DNA from: Carcharhinus longimanus
Lineage: Eukaryota
Assembly (NCBI GenBank): GCA_030264375.1
Contig: JASCQW010000081.1
Span: 92,119,768 to 92,183,767, forward strand
DNA length: 64,000 bases
Reading direction: 5' to 3'
The stretch's first letter is position 1, and each line of letters opens with the position of its first letter. Below are positions 15,101 to 30,100 of this stretch, in pieces. The notes under the pieces were generated by a model. The model saw only the letters and a program-made list of their open reading frames with translations, searched no databases and was not told where the DNA came from. The translations under genes and the position numbers were made by a program.

Positions 15101-18100
15101 ACCCACGATACAATCGATCCAATTGAACCCGACGCTCTTTCTCCCGAGCGATAGCCTTCTTTTCTAATTCCACGGTTCTGTCGAGAATTTTCACTTAACA
15201 GTTAATAACGTGTTCTCGACATATGAACAAATAAGCAATGAAAGGATGGATTGTTTACCAATGAATTCTTCTGGCATATGTACTGTGATAAGGCAGAAAG
15301 GAAGAACAATTAATTTTATTGACCTTTATTTATCACGGGCTTCTGTCCCCGAAGGGTTAATGACGAGGCTCGCTCCACATGTGTTTACAAACCTATTGAA
15401 TAATTCCAACATTTTCTATCCTTATTGTTCCCGGAAGAAAGTCAAAACACGTTGCTTCATGTTTCAAAGAAATTTTGTCCTTCACAACGATTGTAAACAT
15501 ATCATGAGTTCGAAGTCATCGCAAGTGCGCAACAGTCATGGTAAACTTTCCTTATGGAGACATCCACCCGTGCATGAGCAACAAGTCCAGCTGACATCAA
15601 TTTCTAAGTAGAACAAGTTACGACCGAAACTTACTTGCAACTCTGGAGCTGATGAATTCCGAATGAAGCGATTGCCGTTTGACTTAATTGATAGGGCTTG
15701 TGCACCAAACACAACATAGTAAAAAATTGTATTTGAGATTTATGCAATGGTGGCGCCCTTGAATGATTCCTTGTTTATGCCCTCCAGATATCCCATTCTA
15801 ATAACCGCAATATAAATGAATATTTGGTGTCGCGTGTATCTAGGGTCAGTTTTTGAAATGTAGGGCATGGCTAATTGGTACTCCAAGATGTCAGCTCGCT
15901 GGCGTGAGCGGTGCTCTGATTTTGTTGACGGCGCCTGAGTTTGGGAAGAAAACCAAGGATCACCCTTCTGTGGAACACGGTAGCATGAATTTCTAACTGC
16001 ACTTGTCACCTTCATCCAGTAGGATCTCCATGAACAGTAGGAGTGAAACTATTCATTTACTAGGAAGTACTATGGTCTGAAATGCGATTAATAGGGGCGA
16101 CGTTTAAAGGACTTTGAGGTCAAGAAGAATCTCTATCACCGGTTATGCACTACAGGTGCTGTTTAGCTGACTTGCATCTCATCTATGGTGAAGGCATCTC
16201 TACTTTCCCTCCATAAAGGCCGTAAAATAAAAATTCCAGCAGCTATTTCATGTGAGCATCATATTATGGAGCTAGTGAAACGCGTTCCTCTATTAAATTA
16301 GATCAGTCACATCGTGATCTTAATATACTTCTTTCGAACTATACGGCTGATATCCGTAATTTTACCGGCCCCGATTGTAGGAGCGGGCGAGATTCGGAGA
16401 AAGGCATTCTCCTTCGGCCTCAGGCAGGATCGTACGAACTTCGGGCGCACGTGCTGGTAAAGTTCCGCCCCATGTCTACAAAAGTAGTGGCCGCAAAAAC
16501 TTCTAATGCGCACATTTTCTCTGTCATAGCGATCGAAGTAAACTTTTATATCGATTGTGCCTTTCATCTTAAACTCAGAAATCCAACGGATTTTGTGTGA
16601 GAGATGGTAAGAATGAGATGTGTGCAAACTGAATTAATATACCTTGGCATGGTACTAATATGGCGATGACAACAGCATATCCGGCTGCGGCGCTAACCCG
16701 CCGCATTGAATTTTCTGCCCAGCTCCCCACATCCATTAAATTAGAGAATACCACCCGTATAAAGATTCCAGCATCCAATAGATTAGAAAATTATCCCTTA
16801 AATTACATGAAAATTATGCAAGCTATGCCATACCTGACCCCGTTTCTGTTGATCGTGGAATGTAGATATAAGAATACATAAGAATTGTGTTATGAACAAT
16901 GAAGTAATATGACAGGCATCATTGCTAGATACATTTCTGAAAATATAGTGCCGGTGTACTGATGCGCCTCTCGGAAGGTGCTTCCCAGACATGGGCCTCC
17001 TGATTATCAGGCCATGGGAGAGTTTTATTGCATACATCTTCGTCTAATCGATATAAAGAGATCAAATCTCATAACTTATGTGTGCACAAATGTAGGAATA
17101 TACGAATTAGGTGCAGGAGTACGACAGGTCTGCGCTGCTATACATGGATAATTCAATTAAAACCTCAACTTTACGTTTCGGCAATTGATTCCATTGTTAG
17201 CTATCTGTGCGCACCTGCCTTTTAAAAATATGGGGTAATTGCATCTCCCTCTCTCTGGTGAAATAATTCTACAGAGAAAAAAATACCCAGCTCCGTTTCA
17301 AATGGGTGATAACTTACGCATTTGCTTCTCCCCCGAGTCCCTGTTTTTCTTCAGAACATTATTTCAGCATTCACTTCGTCAATTCCATTCAGGATAATTT
17401 ATGTTTCAAAAGGATCATTTCTCATTATTCTAAACAAAGATGGATAGAAGCCCAATTTGTCAAATATTATACTTTTATAGCAGGAAATAGTCGGGTGAAA
17501 TCTCTCAGAAGTGTTTCTAGCACAATTATTCCTTTCCTTAATTAAGGAGATCAAAACTGTCCAGAATGCAACCGATGTGGGTTTCCAAATACATTGCTGC
17601 AAAGCCAGCTTACTTTTATATTCAATTCTTATTGCACAACGGTTATCATTCGATTTACCTTGTTCACCCATTTTTGCCCTGCATATTAACTATTGGTCTC
17701 CTGCAGGAGAACAATATGTCTTTTTACTTCAGAGTGGTGTAATCTCGACGCATTTTATGCGGATCTTCTTGTCTTCCTACCAAAGTAGAAAAGTTAACTT
17801 TTCTCACCTTACGTTTTCTGTCCCACATTTTTACCTTCCGATTGAAACTATCTGTCATCAATTGCAGCGTTGACAACTTGCTTGCGCACTATGTGTCGTC
17901 AGAAAAAATGGCATTGATAATGTGCTTTAATCAACGCAGGTTATAAATAATTGGTGCCCCGGCACTGATCATATTGGGACTGCAATCAATGCATAGAGTC
18001 AAACATAACTTGACCAGATTATGCCTAATCACCGTTTCCTGCTGGCTAACCAATCATGTAACTACGCTAATGTTCATGTCCTCTTACTCTGTACAGAAAC

Positions 18101-21100
18101 ATCTGATGCGTCAAGACTGATAAACGCTGGCTACACCCACATCCACAGTTTCCCATTTGTGCACGTTACTTTCTCCTTCTTCAAGTAATGTTTATAAATT
18201 AGTCACGCACCATTTCTCTTGCACAGAAAGACATGGGCTCTGCCTAACTGAATTGAGACTTTCTAAATACCCAAAAGATGTCAGATCTTTCTAAATGACA
18301 TATGATATAAGACATGAGGGTGGTCACAAGGAATTTGATCGAACAAGTTGGGGGCGAGGAAGGGAAGAGTAAAACTATTGGAAGTATAATGGTTAATAGG
18401 ATACAAAACAGCAGGATAACACGTGAGGAGAATATTTCAACAACATCGAATATCAGGAAAAAAGCTTAAAGGAAGGGGAACTCAGGCGATGTTATTAATG
18501 AAGATGTTAGTATTCAAAAGGAAGGTACAGAAACTCGCATAAGTGCACTTTATCCGAATGCTCCTAGCTTCCACAAATCATTGCAAACAAGTATGATCTG
18601 GTGGCCATTATAGAGACATAACAGCAAGTTGGTCATGACCGTGAGTTAAATTTCCAGGGGTATCAGACTGTTCGGAAGAAGAGACAGGAAGATAAGGGAG
18701 ATGGTATAGCTCTGATATTTAAGAACGACATCAGGGTGGTAGTGATAGATGATATAGCTCCCATGGAAAAAAAAAGATGAATCAATTTGGGTGGAAATTA
18801 AAAATAGTGAGGAGAAAAAATCACTGATAGGCTAATGTATAGGCCACCAAACATTGTCATCTCGGTGGGGCGAAAATAAATAAACAACAGATGCATGTGA
18901 AAACGATACAGCAATTATCATGGGGGATTTTAATCCACATGTCTATTTGTCAAACCAGGTCAATCAAGGCAGCCTTGAGGGGTTGTTCATAGAATGTATC
19001 GTGATACTTATCTTGAACAGTATGTAATGGAACCTACGAAGGAGCAATCTATCCTTGATGTGATCCTGTACAATGAGACAGGAATAATTAATGATTTTAC
19101 AGTTCGGGATCCTCGCAAAAGAAGCAATCATAGTATGGTTGAATTCAAAATATAGATGGAGCGTGAGGGGTAAAATCCAATGCCATTGTCTTGTGCTTAA
19201 ACATAGGTGACTGCAATGGGATGAGGGCGGAGATTGGGATAAGATAGATTGGGAGCAAAACTTTATAGTGGCACAATTGTTGAACAGTGGAGGACTTACA
19301 AAACGATTTTTCACAGTGCTCAGCAAAAGTATATGTCAGTTATAGGGAAGAACTGTAGGAAAAGAGATAATCAGCCATGGATATCGAAGAACATAAAGGA
19401 AGGTATTAATTTGAAAGAAAATGCACGCAAAGTGGCAAAGATTAGTGGGAAATAGAGGATTGGGAAAATTTTAGAGGTCAACAGAAAGCCAAGAAAATGC
19501 TATGAAGGGAAGTAAAATGGATTATGAGAGTAAACCAGCTCAGAATATAAAAATCAGATAGCAAATGTTTCTACGAGTGTATAAAACGATAGAGTGGCCA
19601 GAGAAAATACTGGTCTTTTGGAGGATGAGAAGGGGGAATGTAATAATTGAAAATGAAGAAATGATCCGGGCATTGAACAGATATTTTATGTCTTCACAGT
19701 GGAAGACACAAATAACATGCCAAAAATTGATGACAAGGTGGCTGTGACAGCTGAGGACCTAGAAGCGATCATTATGTCTACAGAGTAAGTGCTGGGCAAG
19801 CTAATGAGGCTATAGCTAGACAAGTCACCTGGCCCTGATGGAAAGCGTCCCAGAGTATTAAAAGAGATGGCGGGGCAAATGGCAAATGCACTAATAGTAA
19901 TTTATCTACATTTCGAAGGACTCTGGTGTGGTTTCCACTGATTAGAATACAGAAAATGTGACGCCACTGTTTCAAAAAGGAACTGGACAAAGGTGGATAA
20001 CTATAGATCGGTTAGTTTAGCTCTGTAGCAGGGAAAATGCTTGAAACTAACATCAAGGAAGAAATAGCGAGACATCTGGATATAAATTATCCCACTGGAA
20101 GACACAACATGGGTTCAGGATAGGCAGATCATGTTTGGCTAATTTGGTTAAATTTTCGAGAACATTACGTGGGCCATTGACAATGGGGAACCTATGGATG
20201 TGGTGTATTTGGGTTTCCAGAAGGCATTTGACAAGGTGCCACACCAAAGGTTGCTGCATAAGATAAAGGTGCACAGTGTTGCTGGTAAAGTATTAACATG
20301 GATAGAGGGCTGGTTGACTAACAGAAAGCAAAGAGTGGGGGGGGCGGGAGTGGTAAATGTATGCTTTTCTGGTTCATGATCAGTAACGTGTGGCGTGCCC
20401 CAGTGATCAGTGTTGGGACGGCAATTGTTTACAATTTACATAGATGATTTGGAGTTGGGGATTCAGTGTACTGTGTCAAAGTTCGCAGGTAACACGAAGT
20501 TGAATGGCAGAGCAAAGTATGCAGAGGACACTGAACGTCGGCAAAGAGACGTAGGCAGTCTAAATAAGTGGACAAGGATCTGGCAGATGGAGTACAACTG
20601 TGGTATATGTGACACCATCCATTTTGATAGGAATACCAGCAAAATGGACTAATATTTAAATGGTAAATAACGGTAGCATACTGCTGTGGAGAGCGACCTG
20701 AGTGTTCTTGTGCACAAATGGCGAAAAGTTGATTTGTAGGTGCAGCAGGTAATTAAGGAATCAAACCGAATTCTGTCCTTCATTGCTGGAGGTTAAAAAC
20801 AGCGAGGTTATGTTGCAGCTGTATAAGGTGCTGGAGAGGCCAGACCTGGAGTACTGTGTACAGCCTTTATCTCCTTACTTGAGAAAGGATATACCGGTAC
20901 TGGAAGGGGTGCAGAGCAGATTCACTAGGGTGTTTCAGAGTTGAGAGAGTTGGCTTATGAGTAGAGACTGAGTAGACTGGGACTACACTCATTGGCATTC
21001 AGAAGAATGTGGGGAGATCTTATAGCAACATATAAGACGACGAAGGGAATAGATTACATAGCAGCACATGAAACTAGAACTAGGGGACGTGGCCTCAAAA

Positions 21101-24100
21101 TGAGGGGGAGCAGATTTAGGACTCAGTTGGAGAAGAAGTTCTTCATGCAAAGTTGTGAGTCTAAGGAATTCCCTGCCCAGTGAAGCCACTGGGGCTACCT
21201 CACTGAATGTTTTTAAGACAAGGGGAGACAAATTTTTGAACAGTAAAGGAGTTAAGGTTTATGGTTAACGTGCAAATAAATGGAGCTGAGACCACGAAAA
21301 GATCAGCCATGATCTTGTTGAATGGTGGAGCATGCTCGATGGGCCAGATGGTCTATTGTTGCTCCTAGGTCCCTTGTTCCAACGAACTGGCTTGTAGAGT
21401 ACTGTTTTCTGTCTTAATTCCTCCTTTATGTCGCTATTGTCCAATCTGATGGGATCCTTCCAGGATCTGGAACATTTGGAATATCAAAAATCAACGCATC
21501 TGGTATCTCAGCAGCCAGCGTTTTTGTGGTACCAGGATTAACTCCATCAGGTTTGACAGATTTTACTTAACTTTCTCAGTACTGTGTTCCTTGCAGCTAT
21601 AACTCTGCGAATCTCTTCCGTCGCTTTCGCATCCCTATTCACACTTATATCTGATATGTTATCTTAATCCTCCAAATGAAGACAGATGCATAATGTGTTA
21701 CCAATCCCTCCTCAATTTTCTCATTCTTTATTGTTAATTTCCATAACTCACTTGTTAGAGGGCACACGCTTATTTGAATTATTCTGGCCGTCTTTTGATT
21801 CCCGTCGGAGCCTTTGCCACCTGTTTTTGTATTCCCAGCCAGATTAGGTGTGTAAATTCTCCTTCGTCATTTTGATTTTATTCTTTTTTTGCTGGTTTCG
21901 AATTCAGTTCCAGCTTCTGACCTGCCCCTAATGTTTGAAGTACATGTCTTTCTTTCAGTCTAATTACCTGTAGATTCCTTCGTTAGCGACAATTGGATTA
22001 CACTTGTAGAACACTTCGTTCTCACTGAGATGTATACCTGCTGAGCGTTATGGAATATGTTCTGAAACATTTGCTACAACATTTGGACTGACCTATGCCT
22101 TAAACCAATTTTCCAGTTCATTGTCATTTGCTTTGTCTTTTTGCCTTGATAATTTTCAGTCTTCAACTTTAAGATGCCAGTCTTAGACACACGTTTCTCT
22201 TTCTCAAACAAATGCGAATTTCAATCACATTATGAGCCCTGTTGCGAGGTGGTGCCTTTATTATATGGTTATGAGTTCAACCTGTCTTGTCGCATATTAT
22301 CAGATGTAGTTTAACACCTCTTTGGCTGTCTGCCAAGGAACAGTCATGGAGACACGAGCAATTCATCTTGCAGCCTTCTCCTACCAATATGGTTTGTCTA
22401 TAAAAAATGAACCATGTTTATCTCTGTACGCGTTTCAAACACACCTGCCTCAGTGTTTATTTCTTTATGCCTCATCCTACTGTTCTGGGGTTCATAAGCT
22501 GCTCCCACAAGTGACTTCCTGCATTTAAAATATCTTATGGTTAACCAAACTGCTTTGACATCATTATCTTTTGAACTAATGTTAGCCCTCTCTAATAGAA
22601 ACATAGAAACACAGAGAGGAGGAGGAAGAGGCCATTTGGCCCTTCGAACCTGCTCCACCATTCATTATGATCATGGCTGATCATCCAACTCAATAGCCTA
22701 ATCCTTTTTTCCCATAATCTTTGATCGCATTCGCCTCATGTGCTATATCCAGTCGCCTCTTGAATATATTCGATACTTTGGCATCAACTAATTCCTGTGG
22801 TAATGAATTCCATTGGCTCACCACTCTTTGGGTGAAGGAATGTCTCCTCATCTCTGTCCAAAATAGTCTACCCCGAACCCTCAGGCTGTGACACCTGATT
22901 CTGGACTCCCTCACAGTTGCGACTAACCTCCCTGCATCTAGCTTGTCTAGTCTTGTTAGAATTTTATAACTCTCTATGAGATCATAGAATCCCTTCAGTG
23001 AGAATCAGGTCTTTTGGCCCATCGAGTCTGCACCGGCTACAATTCCATTCATGTCCCTATCCCTGTAATCGCACATATTTACCCTGCTTGTCCCCATCAT
23101 GAGATCCCCCCTCATTCGTCTGAACATCAGCGAAAACAATCCTAGCCTAGTAAATCTTCTTCCTACATCAGTCCCACCATCCTGGAATCACCTTGGTAAA
23201 ACTTTCCTGCACTCCCTTGAGAGCAAGAGCACCCTTCTTCAGAAAATGAGACCAAAACTGCATGCAGTCGTCTAGGTGTGGCCTCACCAAGGCCCTGTAT
23301 AATGGATTAGTGCCGCACTAAATTAGTGTGGCGAGGAATATTTGAACTATCCGAAATTTGCTGTTTAAGTCGCCTTTTCGGATAGTTCCCGGTGCAGAAG
23401 AATTCCAGAAGGGAACTTTGAATATCTTGGGAATTGTGGCATGTATTCCTTTAAGTGCTATGACTTGGACCTCGGAAGTTACAGGCTTATTGTATTGTGA
23501 CCTCAGAAGCGTCCCGTAGCGTATCTTGAAGCTGCATCGTTTTGAAATGCATTGAGAGCAATACAGCGAAGGTCAACTCCTCTGATTTCAGGGATGAGGG
23601 TGTTATCTAATGAACAATGTTCGGAGAAATGGCGCTGTGAGCTTAGGAAAAAAAATGATCCTATAGAAAAAGTTCTGGGGCAATCTATAAAGGTTATCTG
23701 GTTAAAACAGGAAAATGGCATCGTAATCACCATAATATTTTTAAGGGTCGTAGTGGAGCGGTTAAATAGTCCTAATTTGCCCCTATTTCACATCTCGCAT
23801 GTTAGCAGCTGGTTGTTTATTCCGGAAATGTCGATTGCAGTCCAGTAAAAAGGCCTTGGAGCTACAAAGTCTTCCACGAGTTGAGAAGAACTTGACAGAT
23901 AAATGATCGAATAGGCAAAGCCATGGCGTTGGTACAGAAACAAGCTAACCACCAGCATTTGATGCCAGCAGCATGTATTGTCAGATATATGCCCTGACCT
24001 GTTCCGAAACAGTGACTTTTTAAGGCTTGAAATTCTGTAAAAAAAAGCAGGAGTATGAAGGCAAAAAGTTACATTTCTTTTTGTACTTCCTGGATGTACA

Positions 24101-27100
24101 AAACACAAAAATCATCAACTGGAATTAACAACGTATGCAAATAAAGCGACGACTTCCTGTCAAAGAGTCCATTATTCTGTAGCGCGGGGGCCTCTTTTAA
24201 CGTGTAATGCATTTTATCTTGATGCAGTGAGTTTCAAAAAGGCGTCATTAGCCAATATATTATGAAATATCTGTCAATACCTTTAGAGATTGGACGTAAA
24301 CACACTACTATCCGTGAAGTTAGTGTTTCTAAAATTATATAAAAAAACTTATAAAATTATATAAAAAAACTTATAGAATGTTAAGAGTTATAAAATTGTA
24401 CGGTCTGTTCAAGAAGGTGGTGTTTTGCTATGCTTCGAGAGTTAAAAGAAATGCAGTTGCATGCTGAACACAGGTTGAAACATTATCACGTGAACCTAGG
24501 CAGTGGTGCAACCAAGACAACAGGTTGTTTTTGAAGTTTGTCCAATTAGTTAAAACTAGGAATTTGATTAGCAGCAGCCTATCAGATTCGAATTGATGTT
24601 TTGCAAAGCGCATGGCCTTTGCTATTCTGATCTTCAGACAGTCCTGACTCTCAAGCAAATACGGAATTAAAGATCGACTTTGCAAACCATACTGGGAGTT
24701 CACACATCGCTTTGTTAAGAAATGGATCACGAATAAAAAGAAACTATAGAATTTCAGCCAGGCTGTCTTTCTGTTCCCCCCGAACAAAAAGGAAAATCGA
24801 AAGTGAACTTATGCAAGACAGACATGAATCAATCCTACACACCTCCCCTTGTATCAAGGTTGTTTCCATCATCAAAACGGAGCAGGATGAACCTGAAGCG
24901 TGGACTAACAACGCAGGATGCAAAATCAACAGCTCCGGTTGTTTGAAATAAAATGTATTTGATCTTTTGGAGGTAAGGTGAAGATGAAACCAGTTTGCAA
25001 ACAGTTTTTAAAGTTCAGGAAGAACCTGCTTGTTGACCTAGAAATTTCACAGGAAGCCACCAAACTTGCTGTAATCAATAGAACCGCCAAAAAAGTATAC
25101 AATAGTAGTCACAAAGTAGAAGATCCTGAAAGAGAGAAGGCCTCCTCCCAGTATTTCCAACGTCGAGTCCAATTGAGAAACAAATTACTGGAAAATTGAC
25201 AAAAAGGAAGCTCATAGCTTCATGAAAATTATTCAGTTTACAAAACCTTTGCGTGAACTAAAGCTTCACCTTCCCCCAATAAGCGACAGGCCTAACATGA
25301 GACACACAGAGGCAATCCTGAGCTGAAACAATATTTTACCATTATATGTACCTAACTGTTGTGCATTTAAGTGTCAAATTATTCTTAAGTAATGGGTGGA
25401 CATAAATATTCTTTACATTTAAACTCACGAGAAGCTTGCTTTTTGAACTACTTAATTGGGACACTCACTCTGAGAGGCGATAAATCACGCCCCCTGCATA
25501 GCAAAATGCTAATCAATCAAGTTAAAAAAGTTCAGCCTATCTTATGTGCAAGTCTTGAAAACAATGATGGAATCCATCTCTTTTGCACTATACACACACA
25601 CGCACGCACGCGCACACACACGCACACACACACACTTATATAAAGATGCATTTATTTCACAGCTTTAAAAATCGACACACAATAATTTCAAAAATCTCCT
25701 CACATATTCTTAGAAACTGAAGATATAACATTATGTTTTGCTTTCTGATCACTTTGGATACTTAGTGATGCTAGGTTGATTTTAAAATTCCTGTCCAGAA
25801 AATAATTCAAATGGATAACCTTCATCCGGATGTGGAGTTCACAGAATATTTTGGGTTTGTTTCTTGGAATAGCAGGTGCTGCAGCCATTGAGAGAACAGT
25901 CTATCCTTTACTCGGCGTGGCCCAACAAGGCAGGATTAATTCATTATTTCGTGAGGAAGGAACACCTTGGTAGCAGCGATCATAATATGATTGCAATTTA
26001 CCGTTGGTTTGAGGAAGTGAATGATGGCCCCTTGACTAGTATTTGCAACTTATGGAGGGACTTTAAAGAAGACCACACTTCAGTGAATTGGCAAATGAAT
26101 CGGTCAATAGACATGCAGTGATCACAATTTCAATGGGTGCTGGAGAATACACAATTTAAGGGCATTGCAATAATCAGCAAAAGATTCAAGACGATGATGA
26201 GCCATTCGTGGTTAAATTAAAATGCTCTATATAAAGTAAAACTTAAAGGAAACTTTTTTTACTTATAAAAGGCTGCTTGCAGGTCGGAACCATGGAACCA
26301 CGGCACCATAGAATCCCTACAGTGCAGAGAGAGACTTTTGGCCCATCGAAATCACACCAAATCTCTGAAAGAGCCTCCCACCAAATCCCTCCCTTCCGTC
26401 CTATGCCTGCAGCCCTGCACTTTGTACCATAGCCAACCCATCTTTGTATCGTAGCCAACCCTACAAATCCTTGGATACCAACGATCAATTTGCATAGTCA
26501 ATCCACCTAAACTGCACATCTTTGAAATTTGGGAGGAAACGGGAGCGCCCAGGGAAAACCCACCCAGACACTGGTTTAATGTGAAATCTTAATTCCGTGA
26601 GTCAGCGAAGTACAGAATTGAAGTCGCGTCGCTGGCGCTGTGAGGCAGCAGTGCCAAACACTCTCCACAGTGCCGCCGGAAGATAGTGTGGAATATAAAG
26701 AACAGCAAAAAATGGCTAACAGAGATAGAGGAACATAATCGTACGAGAGGAAGCGAGGTGAAAATATAAGCTTCCAAGGATATTTATACAAACATGGCGA
26801 GCGTCGTTTCTATATAAATTTAGCCGAGGGAATTAATAGAAAAAAGGGAGATCACAGAAGAATTGATCGAGTGTTTTACATTAGCCTTCACCATATAAGG
26901 TAAAAAAAACGCTCCGGAAATAACTGCAAGCCAGGAATTGGAAGGGAAGAACTCAAAAAGAAAGGAAGTTTTACTTCACTTTTTTTTGGATCGACGGGCT
27001 TGTAAATCATTTGGTTCCGATTAACTTTGTTCTAGTGTCGTACAGTCAATGGCTACTGCGATATTTGATGCATTGGCTTTATTTTCCCACAGTGCTCTAG

Positions 27101-30100
27101 GTTCGGGGAAGGCTTCATTAGTTTCGAAAATACTTAATGCAACTCCTTTACTCAAAACGGGAAGGAAACAGAAACAGGAAGTTTCAGCCCAGTTAGTCTA
27201 ACATTTGTCATTTGTAAAGTTTCAGATGTAATATTAAATTGCAGAACAAATCAATAAATTCAAGGCAGTCAGGGAGTGGATTTCTTTGACTTGTGCGGTG
27301 ATAAACAATGTACTGTACTTGGAAGTGATTTTGTTTCATTGAAGCAAACTAATAAAGTGATGGGTATGATTTTTAATTTTTTTAACGTTCTATTAATGTA
27401 ACTACTCGGTTTCACAAAATGTAAGGCTTCTGTTTTTCATGTGTTGTTATATCTCACTTTATATATTGATACACTTAAGTTAAAAGGGAAAGTTTTTTCT
27501 TTAGAGTTTATGTAAACAGGAGAATGTTTGATCATCTACTCATTTATCTTCACTTCCGATTTACATTTCAATTAAATTCAATGCAAAGAAAGGTCAAGAG
27601 AACGGCATAAGTGACTATTAAGCTCTGGCTCGCATTTTGCCTTCTCGACAGAAGCAGATCAATGTTGGACTATACATGCATGGCGGCCTCTGCGGCATAT
27701 GGGAGCCACGGAGTTTTGCCAGGTTTGTCTACTGTCTGTGGCATGAAACCATTTAGTTACTTGTCTTGAAGTATGTTTCCAATGAACGCCTTTGAATTAC
27801 TTGGGGAGTTAACTTGTGCTACGCAAGTACAGAAATAGTTCAGATTTTAACTCGGAACTCTTGTTATGCCAGTAGATTACGCAATTGTCGGCGAAGATTT
27901 GACCTGAGCAGCTGTGCTGGAACAGGTCTGGCCTCTCTTTATAGAGAAAGTGACACCACTCTACTGAAAACATATCTGGAAATACATTTCATAGGAATTT
28001 GCTTGTATCAATCAAGGCGCTCATCCTGTTCACAGAACCAACCGAAAATTGTAGAAGTTGAGGTAATAAATAGATTTTTACCTTTTTCTTTCTCACGCAC
28101 AATATCCGCTGCATGAAAGTAAACGTAAATTAGCGACATTAATGGGAACAAGATACATAGAAGCTCCCATTTTCACAGAAAGTTTTCTGCATGACATATT
28201 CAAAGAACTGTCTCAGAAGAAACAGCTTGCATTCCTCGTCTCAGTTGTATGAATTCAGTCTGGTGTCTTAACTCTCTCTTTGAGCATCAGAAGTGATGTA
28301 ATTTGCAAGATAAATTAACTGATATAGATTTGTAGGCTCGGATTAATGACCAGATAACACGGCGTAATGGGGGAAAACAAGTGTAGTCACCTTTGAAGTT
28401 TACTCTTGGGAATAAGGGACAAATCATTTTCTAAATATATTGTTAGAAGTGAAAAATGTTTTCGAATCCTCATGTAACAAGTAGCTACAAAGTTGGAAAA
28501 ATGGAAGCTGCAATCACGCAGCATGATTGCGGGATTATTCAAGATTTTGACATAAAATTGCTTTGCCAAGAACGGGTGGAAGCATCCAATCATTTCTAAA
28601 TTGCATTGCAAAAACTAACCTCTGATTCAAAAGCCTTTACCTTGTATCAATTTTTGTAAATAAGACTGATGGCTATGGGTATCCTCATCGGCTCCAATGG
28701 TGCCTGACGGTTCGTGGGAAATGTGGAATATTCAGATCCTATTCCGGCTCCTTCGCACGATACTTTTTTTTTCGTTACAAAGATGAGTGTATCCCTGCCG
28801 CTTCGTGGTCTCGTCTGGACCTGACAAATTTATTTACTTTGTTTCCAATTTTCATCCCACTCACACCTTTACATAGTCCATCTCTGATACTTTCGTTCCC
28901 TTTCATTACCTTTCTGTCTTTATTTCCGGTGACAGACTGAGAACGAATATTCATTGCAAGCCTAACCATTCCCACAGTTTCTTAGACGGCGTCTCCTCAG
29001 AACCAGTTTCCACTAAGATCTGGATCCCACTGTCCAGTTTTATTCCCTTCTGGCGCATGTGTTCCGATGATAGTCGTTCCAAAACACCATTTCTGACATG
29101 CTGGAGATTTTCCTGAACCAAGCCCCACCCACACCACCCAACTATTGTTGACAGAGCTCAATATATCTGACTCATTCTTTGCTCTCATCTATTCAGTTCC
29201 CTTCCAAACACATGATATGGTTCCGTTGTCCTCACCCCACCTTTTATCATACCTACCTGTGAATTGAAAGGATCGTCTTCCGCCATTCTCACCAACTGCG
29301 AATTTTTTCCACTGCCATTCTCACCAACTGCAATTTTCTTTCACCGCCAAACAAATCTTGCCATCATTCCCAGTCAGCATTGCACCAGAACCATTCCCTC
29401 CATCAACAGAATTTTTCCCATGCCGACTTTCTATGTAATTGAAGAAGGAGAAACAACTGCCTCTTATCTTCTCTGTCCTCGGTGTCCATGGGAGCAACCA
29501 CTCCTTAAGGATAAAGCAACATTTCACTTGTAGCGTCTTAAATCTAGTCTACTGCATTCGCTGCCTCCAATGCAGCGTCCTCTACATTACTAAGTGCTTT
29601 ATGGAATATTAAAACTCGGTCCGTTTGCATGGCCGCGAACTTCCTGTTGCTTGCCATTTAAACGCACCGTCTTGTTTCGTTTCCAACATATCCTTGCTTG
29701 ACGTAGTGCAATGTTCAACTGAACATAAATGGAGGAACGCTTAAACATCTGACTGGGCATTTTGCAGCCTTCTGGACTCCCCATTGAGTTATGCGACTTC
29801 AATCATGAGTTCTGTATTCCATCTTGGCCTCCTTTGGGCATCTAAGACTTGATTTAAAGTTTTGCTTAATCCATTCAGCTACCTTACCTTTATGCCTGAT
29901 TCAGCACCTTCTTTAATCTTCAACACTTTCAGGAATTCGTCGTTTGCATTTCGTCCATAATATATTTGTCCAATCTCGTGGAGTCAGAGAATTGTACAAC
30001 ACAAAAGTAAGGTGTTTGGTGCATTGTGTCTGGGCTGACCACCTGCACCTATCTATTGGAATCCTATTTTCCAGTACCTACTTCGTAGGTTTGAATACTA

